Source: Azolla caroliniana (taxonomy: Eukaryota > Plantae > Polypodiophyta). From it: 64,000 nucleotides of DNA. Positions 24,421 to 36,974 of this stretch are shown here, piece after piece. The DNA lies in NCBI GenBank assembly GCA_043228905.1, contig JBHGNT010000004.1, positions 5,704,001-5,768,000 on the forward strand, written 5' to 3'. Within the stretch, counting starts at the first letter, position 1, and each line of letters opens with the position of its first letter. A program made the position numbers and the translations under genes. The notes beneath the pieces are model-generated. The model was not told the origin of the DNA, did not search any database, and worked only from the letters and a program-made list of their open reading frames with translations.

Positions 24421-26603
24421 CCGCGGATATGTCAAATCAACTAAAGGCCATGCGGAGAAAAGGGTAGCGAAGGACGCGCCAACACCGCGACAGCAAGAAG
24501 GGCCGAACGAGCAGACAAGCCGACCGAAAGGGTCGAAGCGTGCGGAATCGAATAGGTCGAGGAGCGCGAGCGAGGCGTGAAGCCAAAAGGAACCGGAGTG
24601 CAGATCCGGAAGAGTAGACGGAACCTCAAGTTGAGCTTGAGGGGGAGTGTTGAGATACAAGCTCAACATTGGGTGCGTAATATGGCGTGTAACCCAGTGT
24701 GTAGACTGGACGCGTAAGTTAGTACGCACAACCTGGCCGTATCAGTGCATAAACCGAATGGCCTTTAGAAAGATATTCCTCGAAAGGAATAATTTTGGGA
24801 GTAAGTGTAGCGGCTCATTTATGAGTGTCAAGTATTGTTAGTACTTGTGTCAGCCCAATTGTCAAGGCTTGTATATAAGGTGCTCATTGAGCACGAAGTG
24901 TATACAAAACAGAGAGTCATTATTTTGAATTTAAGTTTTTCTGTTGTCTGCTCTCTCTCTCTCTCTCTCTCCATCTCCATCTATGCGTTTTCTGTGTGTT
25001 TACCGAACTGTCTTATTCCTCCGAATTGTGTACTCTGTGTTTACACACACGCTTCCGCACAACATATTCTTTTACAATCTTGTTGTTGATTTAGTATATG
25101 ATTGATATGTATGACTCATTGTAAGTGGAATTTCGAAGGTTGATGGTGGGAAACATTGTCAAATAATTGTGAATGCTTCACTTCAAAGATTGATAATTGA
25201 TGGTTGGTGCATGCTATAATCGATGGTGGCAAAAACAAAAGGTGTTCCCTCTCTTGCATGTCAAATGTTGGTTTACTAACATCCTTGAGTGAGAATCTAC
25301 CCTTTGAATTTTGACCCAATGCTTAGGAGAAGAATGTCGCAATTAAATATGTAACAATGATGCATTCGTATGGCCTACCTATGATGATCAAGACACCAAG
25401 TAGAATTCATAATCAATCATATGTTATGGTAATTGATGTGTTGTTCAAAGAAGAACATAAATAAACCAACAAATTATAAGGGCAGAAAAATAAAAAAGAA
25501 GCAATTGTTGGTGTTGCACAAGTGTTTAGTTTCGTGATGTGATGAAGACATGAAGCCAAACATGAACGATACAAAAGATCACAAATGTTAATATGAAAGT
25601 ATAATAACTTGAATTACATAGATTACCATGATGAGTATGGTAACAATCTACAAGATGTAAGAAAGTTGTTGCTACTAGCTACAATACTATATAACATGAT
25701 GATATATAGAGCTTTACGTCATAAAAACATCCTTACAACTACTATGAGATTGAGGGGCTGATTCAATTACTTTTATCCATGTTGGAAGGTGTTAGGTATT
25801 TGATAATTCAAAGCTAAAGATTTTATAAACTTTTATGAATTGAAGACATTTAGACCATTCTCAAAATCGAATGAAACATTTGGAAGTTAGTGATGGCAAT
25901 AAACTATTAAAACCTATAGAACCATCACCTTGCTAATTTAAGCATGGGTATGCACATTGGTTGTTGGAGTGGGCATGAGGGGATTTCCACAATATAGCAT
26001 TGGGGTGAATACCTCTTCCTTAACAGTGTGTTGCTTGAAGAATGACAAAACAAAAACAATGTGTGGGTATGGATATGATATATCCATGTCAAATTTGGTT
26101 GTTTGAGTGGGCAAGGGGAGATTTCTATAGTTGAACTTATGTGAATTCCTTATTGGTAGTGTGTTGTGCAAGGAGGAATAAGGCAATTTATTAAAAGCAA
26201 ACGTTGGTATGGGCATCCATGCAAACATTGGTTCTTAAAGCAATCAAGGGGAAATTTCCACAATGGGAACACCTGAGTGAACCCCTCCTTAGTAGTGTTG
26301 CTTAAGGAGGAAAAATGAAAATTTCTAAAAGCAAATAGATAGATAACATACATTATCTCAACCCAAGGATAGATTGTGGGAACTATTAGACAATCCTTAA
26401 TATGGTAATAACGCAAAATGATAGCGATACACAACTAATTAATGTATTACCACGCAATTAAAGTCTAAATGAAAATTAAACACTGGTGGTTGTGAGCTTT
26501 TCCTCTAAGTAAGCTGAAATTAAAAGAGTTTTTGTTGCTATATCTTACTAGTTGTAGAGTACACGCTTTACCACTCCATCATGATGTATGCACACATACA
26601 CAA

Positions 26604-26638
<35 letters not shown>

Positions 26639-28827
26639 GTAAACCCATCATTAGAGTTTGACAAAGATTACCCATTGTTTAGGATGCAAACTCACACCCT
26701 TAAACGTTGCAAAACAAAAACTTTATCACCACATCGTCATGGTAAATGTGAGTTTTGGATTTTGGGTGAGGCTTGTAGCGTGATGTCTAGTATCCCAAGC
26801 AATGTTTTCACATGATGTTTTATCATGTTGTGCCATTTTAATGATCGTTTAAAACTAGCAATAAACTAAAATCTAATATTCAATGGAAAAGGAAAACTAG
26901 ATGTGGATCTATGTCCCATGATCGTCACTTTCAAAATATCAAAATGTAAAAGCATGCAAATGAGCCGAAACTAATTCAAAAATACTATTTAAGAATGTGG
27001 TCATGTTCTTTATAAATCTGTCAATGTAAAATAAATATGCATTTTTCAATGAGAGCACACTTTTAACATTTATATAGGTGTCATATAACTTCATTATACT
27101 TTAAGTAATGTTGTTACTAAATGTACATTGACATCTAAGTGAAGCTACAAAGTGAAGCAGAGTTTGTAAACTATTGTTAGTTATATAAGAATACTTTCAT
27201 GTTAAAAAATATTGTAATTTATGTAGGCAAATAAAACTAGAACTTATTTCTTTGTTGTTTACCCAAGTGATCGACCACATGGCACTATCAACAATAAAAA
27301 ACATAGAACGGGGAAAAGAACACATAAATCGAGTTTCAACTGCTTCCACGTGGTATTGACAATAAAATATCAGTATTAGCTTTTATGAATGGCAAACGTA
27401 GTAAGGAAAATAATGCTATACTTTAGATAGAAGCATATTTCATTGAAATATCTATATAAGCCTTGATATTTCCAAGTTACGATGGTATAAGTTGTCCAAA
27501 ACTGCAAACAATGTCTTTTTGTGTAGAGACTACCCTTATATGCAAGAAACATGCCTAAAATGTACATTGTGTAGGAACTACCCTTCTTAAGTGGCTAAGG
27601 TCAATGCTCAATGGGCTTCTAATGTAAACGGGATCCTTTCATCTTTACAAGCATTATAAAAAAGCAAGAGCTCTCTTTGTAAAGGGCCCTTTGTGCTCCA
27701 ACTTTGGAGCTACTTCATGCTACTCTTGTCTCTCCATTGCCTCGATCATAAGGCACTTTCCTTGTGTTTCTTATATGAAAATCTACTTAATTCACACATA
27801 AAAATTTATAATTCATGTAGTGATTAAGTGTGTATTAATCCTAGTTAATCTTAAGATGCTTGTAAGTCGTCCATGAATTTATAGTGAAGTTGTATATGTA
27901 TTCATGCACGAATTGGTATTTGCCATAAGGGAGTGGCATCCTTATTCTTGTGGTTACTCCATCTCTATTTACCTTTTGCACTTACTTTCTTGCCTTAACA
28001 ATAACCTACACAAAGTGGTGGATGATCCTTTGATTGGAAGTCTTTTTCCACAAAACAATGGCCCCACAAGTTGAACCAAAATAAATAAATAGTCTTCTTT
28101 CACTTATGTAAATAATGTTTTTTGGTGCAAGAACTTCACTTTTTGTCTGTTCACTTCAAGGCATGTCTCGTTCTCATTAATATTTAATTTGTATTATTAT
28201 TATAACGTTAGCCAATCATGGATTTATAATGCTTTATTAGGCTGAGGTGGGTACAATCAAGAGAGTTTTCAACCATCCAATATCAAATGAGATTGTCATT
28301 GCCCCTCACACACCACACATTGTTGTATATACTCAATCCGCAAACAAATTTGAATAATACTTCGGATGCAGAGGCATGAATAAAGATCCCTTAATTTGAC
28401 TCCTTTTCCATCACGAAGAGAAAAGTAAACAAGAGACTAGGTAAGCAAATGCATTTTTACACATTCAATATGGTCAAATATGACCTCTTAGTCTAGGACC
28501 AAAATTGAAACATTTTTACATACACAGAGAGAGAGGGCCACTTTAGATTCACAAGGGCCTTATTAATGTCCAATGAAAAGTTCAAATGAAGGATGATCTT
28601 TCTTTACATGAATGGACAACCCAATCTCAATTGGGTCTTTTGGAACAATATTATCAGCTTTCTTAGGGTGGTGGATATTTATCCTTGTAGATAATAGAAA
28701 ACGATACTCAACCTCCTCAGTGATAAAGCTGTTAAAACTTATGCATGTATTCATAAGCTTGGGAAACAAGTCACCATCATTACAGTTTCGAATCCTTCAA
28801 GCTGTGGTCCTCGCTGTTTAGTATCAG

Positions 28828-31800
28828 TTACTCGATGGAATGCTTATTCGATTGACGAGAAGTATACTGCACCGCAATAACTAATAGTGATACAAATGAG
28901 CTTGCCACAAATATTGCATCAAACCATCGATGATAAAAATTGAATTGTATGTCTCCACCCAAAACATCCGTTATGATGAGCCTGAAACATACCAAAGCTC
29001 TTGTTAGAGACACTTCGATGATAAAGACCATTCAGAAAGACAATCTAAATGATTTTAAACACTATGAAATACACACAAATTAGTTAATCTAAACCTGGAA
29101 GAATACCGTTCAAGCCTCACGAAGCCAAACTAAATAAATAATATCACACAATCAAGGCTCTGGACCAGATGGTGGCTAATCTGGATTGCAAGTGAAAGGG
29201 AAAATGCACTAAATGAGGATATGTAGTGTAACAACTGTTAGGTTTTTCTGTCCACATTAGTATGTAAATGAAATTGGCCTTGGACGCCCAAAAATTGTAT
29301 ATTTTAAGATATAGTGTGAAAGGGGTTCACACAAGAAGACGTTACATATCTACACTATGTAACTCGTTCTTTTGGGTGAGTTAAAAAGGGGAAAACGTGC
29401 ATTTCTCTAGAGCAGCAGAGAAAAACAGATTTTCAGAGAGCTCATACTCTCTTTCTTGGATGATTCCTTCAAGCACTCTCGAGTACACCAGTACACTCAG
29501 ACATCCGGACATCGCCGCCTCCATCATCAACCACGTGCTGTGAGTTTTGGTGGGTTTTTGAGTGTCTTTTTGTTGAGTTTAGTTTCTGAGGAAACATAAT
29601 ATTCCTTGCTTTCTCATAGTACTCTAACTTGTTTAGAGTAGAACTTTGGTGTATCAGATTTAAATTGATATTGTATTATTTCTGGACTAGGTCCCGTGGT
29701 TTTTACCTCTTTGAGGGTTTTCCACATTAAAAAGTTTGTGGTGTATTGAGTATTAATTTGTTGTGTTTTTAAATCTTGCACAACATATTTCTGTTTTACA
29801 TAAGTGTTTAAGTGCTACTAAGTTTCGGATCAACAACACTCTGAGGTAGACAATCTTATGAGATATAAAGCATTGTTACATTATGCCGAATTCTGGCGAA
29901 AACTTTCTTAAGCTTAGATGACATTAATACATTTTTGTTCTACTGGCCTAATGAGTAGCTTGCTCACCTATATTCATTTGCAAGGCTTTTCCTGATCAGC
30001 AAAATGGATGAGATAAAATACATTCCCATCACTTCAGACAGAAGCAAAACTACACTTGTCGAAGAGCCACTTCCTCCTCCAGATAGGAAGTAAAAGGACT
30101 GTATGAAAATATGTCAATATAGAGAAAAATAAAAATCACAATATTTACTTTGTGAAATAGCAGCATTCTGTCACCTTCGTCAGGTTTTGGAGAAAACCTC
30201 GCACTGACATTGTTATCAGCATTCCAATAAATACAAGGGATACATACTGCAAATGAAAATTTTAGCCATCAAAGGTTGATGCTCAAAATATACTTCAAAA
30301 CACATAGCAACATGATAGATCAGCACTTTACAGTATGAAAACGTAATTCATGCATGTCCCAGTTTCAACAATGAAAAATCCATCACAATTATCATCTACT
30401 TGCAGAGACTCGATCTTGCATTTGTTTTTACTATTTACAAACAGATTTGACCAGAGTAAAATAAGGCTTTCAATCTATACAAAATAGAACATAGGCTTTT
30501 CAGCAATATTATTGGCATAGAGGAAACACCAATTTCTGATATAGTGCAATAAATGGTTAGCTTCAAACCTGAGACCAAACTGCAACATTAATGCCAATGT
30601 GAAAAAAGTTCAAGAAAAAACTGAGTGTCTGGGTAACCGGGTCCACCGAATTTGACTGTATCACATTATACCATATACCAATAAGTAGTGAGAAGTAAAA
30701 TACAAACTATGCTGATGCAGTTGTTATGTCCAGTGGAACAGAATAAAAATGCATTTACCTCTTTGAAGACCACACTCTGCATCGACTAACTCCATAACAT
30801 AAAAATAAGAACCCTTCATCAGTATACAATATTGAAAATTTATACTACAAGAACACAACAAAAAACTGTATTTGATACATTACAACAAAGCAAGAATATA
30901 ACAGTGCTTACCTTGAACATCTTATAAACACAATATACAGAGAACACATAGCCAACTAGATTCTTCATATGTCCTCTCCAAGTTCGAGAATATGCTGCTG
31001 CTTCCTAGATGGTTCCCATGAAAATTGTAATCAGTGCACATATTTCAGACTCGAAAGTAATTGCCACAACAGTCAAATGTTTAATACGATGACATTGAAC
31101 ACAAAATGCTTTGTTAAATTGTAACACAGGATGAGGAAAAATACTGTAAAGTTACAAAGAATAGAAAGTGCATAATCAAAAGCAGCAGTAGAGAAAATAT
31201 ACAATTCATGGTTACTTATGTTAGCGTTAAATGCATATTTTAAGAAACTTTGAATAAACAAGTTAAGCAATACAAATTAACATCCTGGGAATAGTAAGTT
31301 GAAACAAACAATCCTATATTGTCCACACATAGGACTTGCACAATTTTGCGGTTGAAAATAATGTGCATTTACAATTATCCCAGTATCATCCATCTAATGA
31401 AATTAGATGGAGTTTGACAGCAATATCTACATGTTTTAAGGTAAAGTGATTGTTCACTTGACAGCAGATATGTTCTATTTTATTTTAATTTTTACTTTCA
31501 ACGAATGGGTAAATACCCCAATTTTGTTGTAAACCAATTGTCTCATGGGCCAATTTTACTTTCTAGTCACAGTAATTGGTGGAAACACAAATGCTAAGAA
31601 AATATAGAACATATAAAATTTGACTTACTTCAAAACGATTTCAATAAACTTGAATACAGCTTAACTTTATTGATTGGCTAGAAAATAAAGTTGAGAAATT
31701 TCCAAAAATACACACGTCATGCATATATGAAAATAGATCTAAATAGATGCAATAAATAATAAAGAAATTAAGCGCTATAATATTATCATAATAACTGAGC

Positions 31801-34800
31801 CTCTCTTGCGTGACAGCTTAAGGAGGCACAGTAAGAGTTCTAGATGTTTCTGTAATATGGGTCAGAAGCTGGACCTTTAGCAACCTTGTACAATAATGTC
31901 AAGTAGATACCTGATTTGGATTTGACATCACACCAATACTCTTTGAATCATAGACAAAACCAATTTCTTGGAAGCATCCAATAATTTTCAAACTTAATCA
32001 AAACCAGAGACTTGATGTTAACAAGAGTTTGGAAATTGGGTTCATTCAAAATTCAAAGATAGGGGTTGTCATTCTCTAGGACTATGTCTAGAATCCACAA
32101 TTCAACGGAAGTGAATACAGAACTATCACTCGGCTGCTTCTTACAGCATACCTTTGCTTGCCTTAGTTCATACACTTCTAAGAATAGCTGCCTTGACAAT
32201 TCCTCCAATCCATTTACTTCTGCCTCCATATTCTTTATATCTGGGCAAAGTAAAACAAATATTCAACTACAATTCCATGAATATGTTCAAGCCATACCAG
32301 TTGATTATCGAGTATTATGTAGTCACCAATCTTACTGCATATTTACAACAAGTACCATGTGAGAAAAAGGTAATCTAGTTTCCTTCAAAGGTTAAAATAT
32401 TTCATTGTAGGTAATTTGTGTCTGTATGCACATTGTCCATGACTCGGAAATGCATACTTTTGACTTTTGCTATGTTGTAATGCCTCATCTAGTATATTTA
32501 TAGGATGTTAGGTTTATTGGATACAAAATCTATTGGGTTATAAGTTAATGTAAAACCTACAAGTCAAACCTCAGATTTGTCAGGTTAAATTTTTACCTTG
32601 CTCATGTTCATCTTCTTGAACAGTGCGCACCACTGTGCCAATAAGCCTTTTGAAAATGGATCTTGCTTCTAATTCCTAAGACAGCAAATAATTTTATACT
32701 TGATTACATCAGCACATCATCAAACCTTGGAAATAAAATTTTGCCAGCACAAACAATGAATAGCAATAATATACCTTTTGCGTACCTTGCACACGTTCCA
32801 TTTCCATCCGTGAAAGGATTATCTTCTTCTTTTTCGAAATGCATATATCCATAGCCTGCAAAAGCCTTCTTTCAAGAGAAACAATATCTGCCTCTTCTAT
32901 CTCCCTGCATGTGGGAAGTATAGAAAGGCTATGAGTAGAAAAGTCCAAACAAGATCAAACTGGAAAATTGAACATCAACGAAACATGAGGCATTTCAATG
33001 ATATCCAAACAATGTTTATGCAAGGGGAAGAATCAAACTCTCCCATGCTTATGCCAAGGGAAGATACAGCTCTCCTCTGTTTAAATTGTAAGCCTTAGAC
33101 AGGCACGAAATAAAAACATATAGTATGAAAATCTACCATGCACATCTAGAATAAAGCTAGGCAATTCACTTGGAGATTAATTTTCTGGAGACATTAAACA
33201 CATCCTGAGAGCAAAACCAGTGTGATCATCATATGCTCATATGACAGCAATGTCAGCACACTTTTTTCATGTTTTCATTTTGGAGCAAGTATTTTGATGC
33301 TACAACCTGACATCTTGCAGATTACAGCAAAGCATACATATTCAAGTTTCCAACCATGTACAACAATTCAGACATTCAAATAAAATAAAGCTATTTTTGG
33401 ACGCACAAACCTGATAAACAAGGACAAGTAACTGTATGGAAGATCAACTGCACCAAAGCCTGATAGTATTGCCATGACTGTCACACCAATGACACCTACT
33501 CTACTAAGCAATTGGGGCATAGTGAAAAAACCTGAATACACAATATAAATGAATTATCAGATACGTGCTCCTCCAGAAGATTAAGGATGCAAACTAGACA
33601 CATAAATACAAAATTTGAGTGTCTATGAACTATTGACAATACTTTTCAGGTATTCAATAAAGGGTTATAAGCTTCTTTAAAGTAAATTAAGGGTTAACAA
33701 GGCTAATAAAAGTAAACTCGTGCTTCTGAGTCGTTGATAATGAATTTAAGATTTCCAAATGAAGGCAGACAACATCCTTTATAATATTAAGGGCCCAAAC
33801 CTTTGTCTGCCGATGGCATTGGAAAGTGGATACCCATTCGCCAAAATGCATAGAGTAAAGCCAGCAAAAATAGTACAGCTCCCATAGCTGCTCTTTCAAT
33901 TCTGAGGCCTAGAAATACCATGAACTGACTTTAATCAGATGTTGTTTAAAGGCTTAACTAGCATTGTAAAATTTGTTAAAATGAACCCTTACATGAGGAT
34001 ATTATGGAACGTGATTCAGGGTAATACTGTAAAATGTGCCTGAATTTCTTTTAATTTTCCCAAATTCCCTAAGCTTTCATTATTTGCCCAAATTCCCTAA
34101 GATTTCAATATTTCTTGAAACCTAACATATATGTCATTAAGAAAACACATGTGTCTTTGTTGCAAAAACTTAAGAGGCATTTGTGACAATCAAGAAAATC
34201 TCAAGGGTATTTCACATTTTTCAACAAAATCTAACAAATCATTAGAGTGCTTTCCAATGGACACTACAGTCAAAATTTGAACAGCCTGTAGTATTTCAAG
34301 GCATTGCAAAACCAATGTGTTGAAATTGAAACATACATGTAGAATGAAGGCTTCCACAGTATTGGATGCCTTCATCCAGATAACGAAATCAAAACAAATA
34401 AACGTAAATCAAGGATTTCCAGGAAACATCATTGCAAATCCTTTATATGGATATCATGAGTTAAAACTTCAACTTATACGTAGGATGAAAGCGTTCAAAG
34501 CATTATAAAGTGTTCATATGCATACTCAATCTAAAACGCATATTCGTAGACTGAAGAACTTCAAAGAAAGCATTTTTCCTGACGTAAAAACCCTTACCTG
34601 TATTTCGAAGAGAAAGGTAGCAATGGTAGTAAGGCAGCACAAAGACAAGAAGAGTGACCAAACAGAAGAGATCTATCTTCCAATTCATCCATCTTGCGCT
34701 GGCAAGAGAGAAGAGGAGAACATGGCATTTCAACACAACAGCTCTAATAAGACAAGAAGGGACCATTTGAAACGGGAAAAAGAAGGAAAGGAAGGGAAAG

Positions 34801-35027
34801 GAGGGTATATACCTTTTGGAAAGAATCGGAACGATTTCGAAGAGGACGAGCTGGAGAAGGTTAACAGAGAAGGCGAAGACGATGCTGAACAAGATCTGAA
34901 CAAGGGCATGCTTCTCTTCATATTCTTTGTAAAGCTTTCGGTTGAGAAACCAAAGGCCACTCCAGGAGAGGCCAGCGAGGGATCCAGCGATGACGAGGGT
35001 CTCCGCGAGCACAGAAACCATCGACAT
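28828..35027 (-). CDS. GTG1: GPCR-type G protein GTG1/GTG2/COLD1 (GPR89/GPHR family), 468 aa
   Basis: 13 GT-AG exons: 35027-34813, 34698-34598, 33908-33801, 33531-33411, 32904-32775, 32675-32597, 32240-32152, 31004-30912, 30785-30759, 30655-30569, 30246-30175, 30098-29968, 28981-28828 (1407 nt, open frame). Motifs [56 protein letters not shown]. Confidence 0.96.
29236..29832 (+). mobile_element. Solo LTR (Tork/Tnt1-like Copia) in the last GTG intron
   Basis: TGTTA...GATCA flanked by TSD ACAAC (29231-29235 / 29833-29837); U5-type motif TCCCGTGGTTTTT...GGGTTTTCCAC, similar to the LTR at 60901-61545. Confidence 0.78.
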
Positions 35028-35064
35028 GGCCTAAGACCCTAAGGGCTCTCACAACATCTGCTGA

Positions 35065-35130
35065 TTTCTTCTTCTTCTTCTTCTTCTTCTTCTGCTGCTG
35101 CTTCTGCTTCTGCTTTTTCTTCTTCTGCTT
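35065..35130. repeat. (CTT)n/(CTG)n trinucleotide microsatellite just upstream of the GTG start codon
   Basis: Visible run; a second (GAA)n run lies at ~35311-35340. Confidence 0.9.
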
Positions 35131-36532
35131 CAGCTCAAAATGAAATGATAAAATGTGTGATGGATGACTCAATGAATTCCTTCCTTCCCACTTTGAAAGA
35201 GATGAGAATATAATTTCTTCATAAAACCTTTGGTTTTCACATTCCACATATTTACATACATAATCTATAATATACATATTTTGAAGGCCATGGATTGATG
35301 AATTCCATAACAAGAAGACGAAGAAGAAGAAGAAGAAGAAACCACTCCGGACTCTCGGATGTTTCGAAACATCACGGGTGTTTCGATTATGTTTTTGCTA
35401 GTGTAATTACTAGCTAGCTAGCATCTGGTGGTGTCTGTAAAGAGCTTAGAATGCCCTTCCAATTCACAACTGGAACACCCTATACCTAGGTACATCTACC
35501 ACCACCAAGGTCCAATACACCTCCATCGATCTATAATAAAACTTCATGCAACATACCGATCGGAAGAAATGCGTATAATGGTTGGTCTCATGTCTCTCTG
35601 TGTGTGGTTTATAAGCAACATAAGAGAAAACCAATGCATTAAGTACATTGCTTGACCCCTCTTATTGCCAAGTGGTGCTTCTTGCCGATAGATTCCAATG
35701 TAGGAAAGATGGTTCTCATATGGTTAGTAACAAATTCTTGCACATGAACCATTCACTCTGCAGTGCAACATCTCATTTTCTGTTGCAACATCTTACATCA
35801 CTTCACTAAAGTTAGTAAAACCATTGCGAGTATTCCAAGGGAAAACAACACTAACTCCCATGTCAAACAAAGTTTGAGGAATAGAATGTGCTCAACAAAC
35901 AATGATAATTTGACGATTACTTGCACAAGGATTATTAGAGCAACTTTTCACAAGAATCTCCATTAGACAGAATGGCAAAGCACAACAATCTTTCCCACAT
36001 AAATATTAAAATGAGATTGAGTGTTTATTTGGCTTTCCTTGCTCAAAGCATTTTAAAGAGCAATATCACTCATTTCAAGAACTCTACTACAGAAGTGAAC
36101 TTGTGTTGACAGATAGACAATTCTCCTTCTGAAGATGAAACAAACGTCAATACCAAAAACCCACAAGGCCATCAGCTTATACTTCTCTAATAAAATACAC
36201 AGCTTCCAACTTCCTGACAAAATATCACATGTTAAAAGTTTTTGCATCCTGATTTGTTGAAAGCTTCACTCTTAGAGTGTAGATGCATTAGTTTCAAAAT
36301 TTTAGAAGGCTTGGTTTAGAGAATATGCGCACTGAAATCCTTAATCCCAGCTTTAGGCAATATGCAATAACTGAATTTTTATCAAATGATTTTGACTAAT
36401 CTACTCGGAGCACATCAACCAATCATCTCACCATTCCAGAGAATGTGAACATCTGATCACCAATATATCTCAAGATGTAATTCTCCATCACCAGATATCA
36501 AAATACGTAATAGGAATATATATTAACATTTT

Positions 36533-36648
36533 CTATACTAGATTATATCATACACGCTTATGGATTTACCATCAAAACATCTATATTATCGGTCACTATA
36601 CTAGATTATATCATACACGCTTAAGGATTTACCACCAAAACATCTTTA
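36533..36648. repeat. ~65-bp tandem duplication downstream of the UBP6 stop
   Basis: CTATACTAGATTATATCATACACGCTTA(T/A)GGATTTACCA(T/C)CAAAACATCT occurs twice. Confidence 0.85.
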
Positions 36649-36974
36649 AGGCATCGGTAAATTCCTCCAGATGGAACTCAATGAAAAGGCAGAAAAATCA
36701 ATATTGTTCTGATTAAACCAGATAAAGACTGATCCAGTCTTAACAGTCATATTAAGATAGTACACAACATAATCCGCTATTGGCCAAATATGGTAAATAT
36801 CTCTTCTTGCAAAATCCCAATTAATCCAAAGACATTGTATGAACCTTTGTTTTTCCGATTTCCCTATAGAGGCACATTGTGTACCGTTCCCTCAACATTT
36901 TGTTTAAAATAAATTAAATCTAAGAATTAATAGCGATGCTGAGAGCTGATAAGGTTCCAATACACACATCTGCC

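Larger units (their letters stand above)
19896..25076 (+). mobile_element. Degraded Ty1/Copia LTR retrotransposon
   Basis: LTRs 19896-20354 and 24648-25076 (TGTTG...TTACA); TSD ATCTT (19891-19895 / 25077-25081); mutated tRNA-iMet PBS TTGTATCAGAGC 20355-20366; PPT TGAGGGGGAG 24638-24647; domain order gag-INT-RT-RH. Confidence 0.96.

Noticed and set aside
25100-26450. Possible DNA-transposon remnant (also 47000-47700)
   Set aside because: No catalytic motif or TIR could be read with confidence.
34518-35042. 174-aa plus-strand ORF
   Set aside because: Antisense shadow of GTG exons 1-2; no recognisable domain.
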